Source of the DNA: Eledone cirrhosa
Taxonomy: Eukaryota
Direction of reading: 5' to 3'
Length of the DNA stretch: 64,000 nt
Assembly (NCBI GenBank): GCA_964016885.1
Contig: OZ024740.1
Span: forward strand, 317,874,001 to 317,938,000
A program made the position numbers and the translations under genes. Shown in pieces: positions 58,501 through 64,000 of the stretch. The notes under the pieces are model-generated. The model saw only the letters and a program-made list of their open reading frames with translations. It did no database searches and had not been told where the DNA came from. The stretch's first letter is position 1. Each line of letters opens with the position of its first letter.

Positions 58501-61500
58501 CTAACGACTCTACCAATTCGAAGCCTTTTTACTACATTACTCACAACAAATAATCCAGGATTGTCTCGTCTATTTCCACAACTTACATTCTATCTGATAT
58601 TCTAACGACTCTACCAATTCGAAGTCTTTCTACTACAATACTCACAACAAATAATCCAGGATTGTCTCGTCTATTTCCACAAGTTACATTCTATCTGATA
58701 TTCTAACGACTCTACCAATTCGAAGTCTTTCTACTACAATACTCACAACAAATAATCCAGGATTGTCTCGTCTATTTCCACAACTTGCATTCTATCTGAC
58801 ATTCTAACGAATCTACCAATTTGAAATCTTTCTACTACAATACTCACAACAAATAATCCAGGATTGTCTCGTCTATTTCCACAAATTACATTCTATCTGA
58901 CATTCTAACGACTCTACCAATTCGAAGTCTTTCTACTACAATACTCACAACAAATAATCCAGGATTGTCTCGTCTATTTCCACAACATACATTCTATCTG
59001 ACATTCTAACGACTCTACCAATTCGCTGTCTTTCTACTACAATACTCAACAAATAATCCAGGACTGTCTCGTCTATTTCCACAACTTACGTTCTATCTGA
59101 CATTCTAAAGACTCTAACAATTCGAAGTCTTTCTACTACAATACTCAGAACAAATAATCCAGGTTTGTCTCGTCTATTTCCACAACTTACATTCTATCTA
59201 ACATTCTAACGACTCTACCAATTCGAAGCCTTTTTACTACATTACTCACAACAAATAATTCAGGATTGTCTCGTCTATTTTCACAAATTACGTTCTATCT
59301 GACATTCTAACGACTCTACCAATTCGCTGTCTTTCTACTACAATACTCACAACAAATAATCCAGGATTGTCTCGTCTATTTCCACAACTTACATTCTATC
59401 TAACATTCTAACAACTCCACCAATTCGAAATCTTTCTACTACAATACTCACAACAAATCATCCAGGATTGTCTCGTCTATTTCCACAACTTACGTTCTAT
59501 CTGATATTCTAACGACTCTACCAATTCGAAGTCTTTCTACTACAATACTAACAACAAATAATCCAGGATTGTCTCTTCTATTTCCACAACTTACATTCTA
59601 TCTAACATTCTAACAACTCCACCAATTCGAAATCTTTCTACTACAATACTCACAACAAATCATCCAGGATTGTCCCGTCTATTTCCACAACTTACATTCT
59701 ATCTGATATTCTAACGACTCTACCAATTCGAAGTCTTTCTACTACAATACTAACAACAAATAATCCAGGATTGTCTCTTCTATTTCCACAACTTGCATTC
59801 TATCTGACATTCTAATGACTCTACCAATTCGAAGTCTTTCTACTAAAATACTCACAACAAATAATCCAGGATTGTCTCGTCTATTTCCACAAATTACATT
59901 CTATCTGACATTCTAACGACTCTACCAATTCGCTGTCTTTCTACTACAATACTCACAACAAATAATCCAGGATTGTCTCGTCTATTTCCACAACATACAT
60001 TCTATCTGACATTCTAACGACTCTACCAATTCGCTGTCTTTCTACTACAATACTCAACAAATAATCCAGGACTGTCTCGTCTATTTCCACAACTTACGTT
60101 CTATCTGACATTCGAAAGACTCTAACAACTCGAAGTCTTTCTACTACAATACTCAGAACAAATAATCCAGGTTTGTCTCGTCTATTTCCACAACTTACAT
60201 TCTATCTAACATTCTAACGACTCTACCAATTCGAAGCCTTTTTACTACATTACTCACAACAAATAATCCAGGATTGTCTCGTCTATTTCCACAACTTACA
60301 TTCTATCTGATATTCTAACGACTCTACCAATTCGAAGTCTTTCTACTACAATACTCACAACAAATAATCCAGGATTGTCTCGTCTATTTCCACAACTTAC
60401 ATTCTATCTGATATTCTAACGACTCTACCAATTCGAAGTCTTTCTACTACAATACTAACAACAAATAATCCAGGAATGTCTCTTCTATTTCCACAACTTA
60501 CATTCTATCTAACATTCTAACAACTCTACCAATTCGAAATCTTTCTCCTACAATACTCACAACAAATAGTCCAGGATTGTCTCGTCTATTTACACAACTT
60601 ACATTCTATCTGATATTCTAACGACTATACCAATTCGAAGTCTTTCTACTACAATACTAACAAGAAATAATACAGGATTCGCTCGTCTATTTCCACAACT
60701 TACATTCTATCTGATATTCTAACGACTCTACCAATTCGAAGTCTTTCTACTACAATACTAACAACAAATAATCCAGGATTGTCTCTTCTATTTCCACAAC
60801 TTACATTCTATCTAACATTCTAACAACTCCACCAATTCGAAATCTTTCTACTACAATACTCACAACAAATCATCCAGGATTGTCTCGTCTATTTCCACAA
60901 CTTACATTCTATCTGATATTCTAACGACTCTACAAATTCGAAGTCTTTCTACTACAATACTAACAACAAATAATCCAGGTATGTCTCTTCTATTTCCACA
61001 ACTTACATTCTATCTGACATTCTAACAACTCTACCAATTCGAAATCTTTCTCCTACAATACTCACAATAAATAGTCCAGGATTGTCTCGTCTATTTACAC
61101 AACTTACATTCTATCTGATATTCTAACGACTATACCAATTCGAAGTCTTTCTACTACAATACTAACAAGAAATAATCCAGGATTGTCTCTTCTATTTCCA
61201 CAACTTACATTCTATCTGACATTCTAACAACTCTACCAATTCGAAATCTTTCTACTACAATACTCACAACAAATAATCCAGGATTGTCTCGTCTATTTCC
61301 ACAACTTACATTCTATCTGATATTCTAACGACTCTACCAATTCGAAGTCTTTCTACTACAATACTAACAACAAATAATCCAGGATTGTCTCGTCTATTTC
61401 CACAACTTACGTTCTATCTGACATTCTAACAACTCTACCAATTCGAAGTCTTTCTACTACAATACTCACAACAAATAATACAGGATTCGCTCGTCTATTT

Positions 61501-63351
61501 CCACAACTTACCTTCTATCTGATATTCTAACGACTCTACCAATTCGAAGTCTTTCTACTACAATACTAACAACAAATAATCCAGGATTGTCTCTTCTATT
61601 TCCACAACTTACATTCTATCTAACATTCTAACAACTCCACCAATTCGAAATCTTTCTACTACAATACTCACAACAAATAATCCAGAATTGTCTCGTCTAT
61701 TTCCACAAATTACATTCTATCTGACATTCTAACGACTCTACCAATTCGCTGTCTTTCTACTACAATACTCACAACAAATAATCCAGGATTGTCTCGTCTA
61801 TTTCCACAACATACATTCTATCTGACATTCTAACGACTCTACCAATTCGCTGTCTTTCTACTACAATACTCAACAAATAATCCAGGACTGTCTCGTTTAT
61901 TTCCACAACTTACGTTCTATCTGACATTCTAAAAACTCTAACAATTCGAAGTCTTTCTACTACAATACTCAGAACAAATAATCCAGGATTGTCTCGTCTA
62001 TTTCCACAACTTACATTCTATCTAACATTCTAACAACTCCACCAATTCGAAATCTTTCTACTACAATACTCACAACAAATCATCCAGGATTGTCTCGTCT
62101 ATTTCCACAACTTACATTCTATCTGATATTCTAACGACTCTACAAATTCGAAGTCTTTCTACTACAATACTAACAACAAATAATCCAGGATTGTCTCTTC
62201 TATTTCCACAACTTACATTCTAGCTGACATTCTAATGACTCTACCAATTCGAAGTCTTTCTACTACAATACTCAACAAATAATCCAGGACTGTCTCGTCT
62301 ATTTCCACAACTTACGTTCTATCTGACATTCTAAAGACTCTAACAATTCGAAGTCTTTCTACTACAATACTCAGAACAAATAATCCAGGTTTGTCTCGTC
62401 TATTTCCACAACTTACATTCTATCTAACATTCTAACGACTCTACCAATTCGAAGCCTTTTTACTACATTACTCACAACAAATAATTCAGGATTGCCCCGT
62501 CTATTTCCACAACTTACATTCTACCTGACATTCTAACGACTCTACCAATTCGCTGTCTTTCTACTACAATACTCACAACAAATAATCCAGGATTGTCTCG
62601 TCTATTTCCACAACTTACATTCTATCTAACATTCTAACAACTCCACCAATTCGAAATCTTTCTACTACAATACTCACAACAAATCATCCAGGATTGTCTC
62701 GTCTATTTCCACAACTTACGTTCTATCTGATATTCTAACGACTCTACCAATTCGAAGTCTTTCTACTACAATACTAACAACAAATAATCCAGGATTGTCT
62801 CTTCTATTTCCACAACTTGCATTCTATCTGACATTCTAATGACTCTACCAATTCGAAGTCTTTCTACTACAATACTCACAACAAATAATCCAGGATTGTC
62901 TCGTCTATTTCCACAAATTACATTCTATCTGACATTCTAACGACTCTACCAATTCGCTGTCTTTCTACTACAATACTCACAACAAATAATCCAGGATTGT
63001 CTCGTCTATTTCCACAACATACATTCTATCTGACATTCTAACGACTCTACCAATTCGCTGTCTTTCTACTACAATACTCAACAAATAATCCAGGACTGTC
63101 TCGTCTATTTCCACAACTTACGTTCTATCTGACATTCTAAAGACTCTAACAATTCGAAGTCTTTCTACTACAATACTCAGAACAAATAATCCAGGTTTGT
63201 CTCGTCTATTTCCACAACTTACATTCTATCTAACATTCTAACGACTCTACCAATTCGAAGCCTTTTTACTACATTACTCACAACAAATAATCGAGGATTG
63301 TCTCGTCTATTTCCACAACTTACATTCTATCTGATATTCTAACGACTCTAC

Positions 63352-63781
63352 CAATTCGAAGTCTTTCTACTACAATACTCACAACAAATAATCCAGGATT
63401 GTCTCGTCTATTTCCACAACATACATTCTATCTGACATTTTTACGACTCTACCAATTCGCTGTCTTTCTACTACAATACTCAACAAATAATCCAGGACTG
63501 TCTCGTCTATTTCCACAACTTACGTTCTATCTGACATTCTAAAGACTCTAACAATTCGAAGTCTTTCTACTACAATACTCACAACAAATAATCCAGGATT
63601 GTCTCGTCTATTTCCACAACATACATTCTATCTGACATTTTTACGACTCTACCAATTCGCTGTCTTTCTACTACAATACTCAACAAATAATCCAGGACTG
63701 TCTCGTCTATTTCCACAACTTACGTTCTATCTGACATTCTAAAGACTCTAACAATTCGAAGTCTTTCTACTACAATACTCA
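63352..63781. repeat. Dimer (200 bp) tandem duplication
   Basis: The private variant GACATTTTTACG occurs at 63434 and 63634, and GGACTG at 63495 and 63695 (101+99 bp). Confidence 0.93.
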
Positions 63782-64000
63782 GAACAAATAATCCAGGTTT
63801 GTCTCGTCTATTTCCACAACTTACATTCTATCTAACATTCTAACGACTCTAACAATTCGAAGCCTTTTTTCTACATTACTCACAACAAATAATTCAGGAG
63901 TGCCCCGTCTATTTCCACAACTTACGTTCTATCTGATATTCTAACGACTCTACCAATTCGAAGTCTTTCTACTACAATACTAACAACAAATAATCCAGGA

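Larger units (their letters stand above)
1..64000. repeat. Satellite DNA array of 101-bp monomers (about 634 copies, head-to-tail, single orientation, runs off both window edges)
   Basis: The unit starts at 1, 102 and 203 (101-bp period) and the same motifs (ACATTCTA, CCAATTCG, AATCCAGGATT, TATTTCCACAAC) recur to base 64000. Monomers differ from consensus by only a few substitutions. Phase check: 634x101 + 68 - 2x52 + 2 = 64000. Confidence 0.99.

Noticed and set aside
1275-63700. Monomer variant order as an information-bearing code or programmed diversification system
   Set aside because: The order is adequately explained by nested in-register duplications and deletions, and no associated enzyme gene or target is in the window.
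1-64000. CRISPR array or other repeat-spacer system
   Set aside because: There are no unique spacers: the entire 101 bp is repeated with only point variants, and no cas genes or leader are present.
1-64000. Giant repetitive protein-coding gene
   Set aside because: The period of 101 is not a multiple of 3. The + strand has stops at monomer positions 2, 10 and 59, limiting open frames to about 50 codons, and the - strand has about eight stop triplets per monomer.
1-64000. Tandem RNA gene cluster (5S rRNA, tRNA, snRNA, spliced leader)
   Set aside because: I see no recognisable conserved RNA sequence, cloverleaf or A/B boxes, and no gene-plus-spacer architecture. Few G residues on + limit pairing. 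An Rfam/Infernal search was not run.
1-64000. Telomeric repeat or G-quadruplex array suggested by the C/G skew
   Set aside because: There is no short telomere-like unit, and the G-rich strand of the consensus has only three separated GG doublets per monomer and no GGG runs.
1-64000. Embedded transposon, inversion or unique island
   Set aside because: None was seen on reading through, and the monomer phase arithmetic balances exactly to base 64000, leaving no room for extra sequence.
1-64000. Pure technical concatemer (rolling-circle or synthetic artefact)
   Set aside because: Hierarchically shared, regionally restricted variants indicate evolutionary history. Individual near-identical duplications could still be assembly errors.

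Overview
The whole 64-kb window is one uninterrupted head-to-tail tandem array (satellite DNA) of a 101-bp monomer. Consensus on +: CTGACATTCTAACGACTCTACCAATTCGAAGTCTTTCTACTACAATACTCACAACAAATAATCCAGGATTGTCTCGTCTATTTCCACAACTTACATTCTAT (about 36% GC; 28 C versus 8 G). By hand count there are 634 full monomers plus a final 68 bp. This balances exactly with 52 monomers carrying a recurrent 2-bp deletion and a net +2 from six single-base indels. I see no coding sequence, RNA gene, CRISPR array, transposon, inversion or unique DNA, and I cannot name the satellite family or organism. It looks like a eukaryotic centromeric or pericentromeric-type satellite, but that is inference. The interesting content is organisational: a small set of monomer haplotypes in a fixed local order, irregular higher-order spacing, and nested in-register duplications from 200 bp to about 8.5 kb. 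I found no evidence of a novel gene-encoded system. All counts and boundaries were read by eye.
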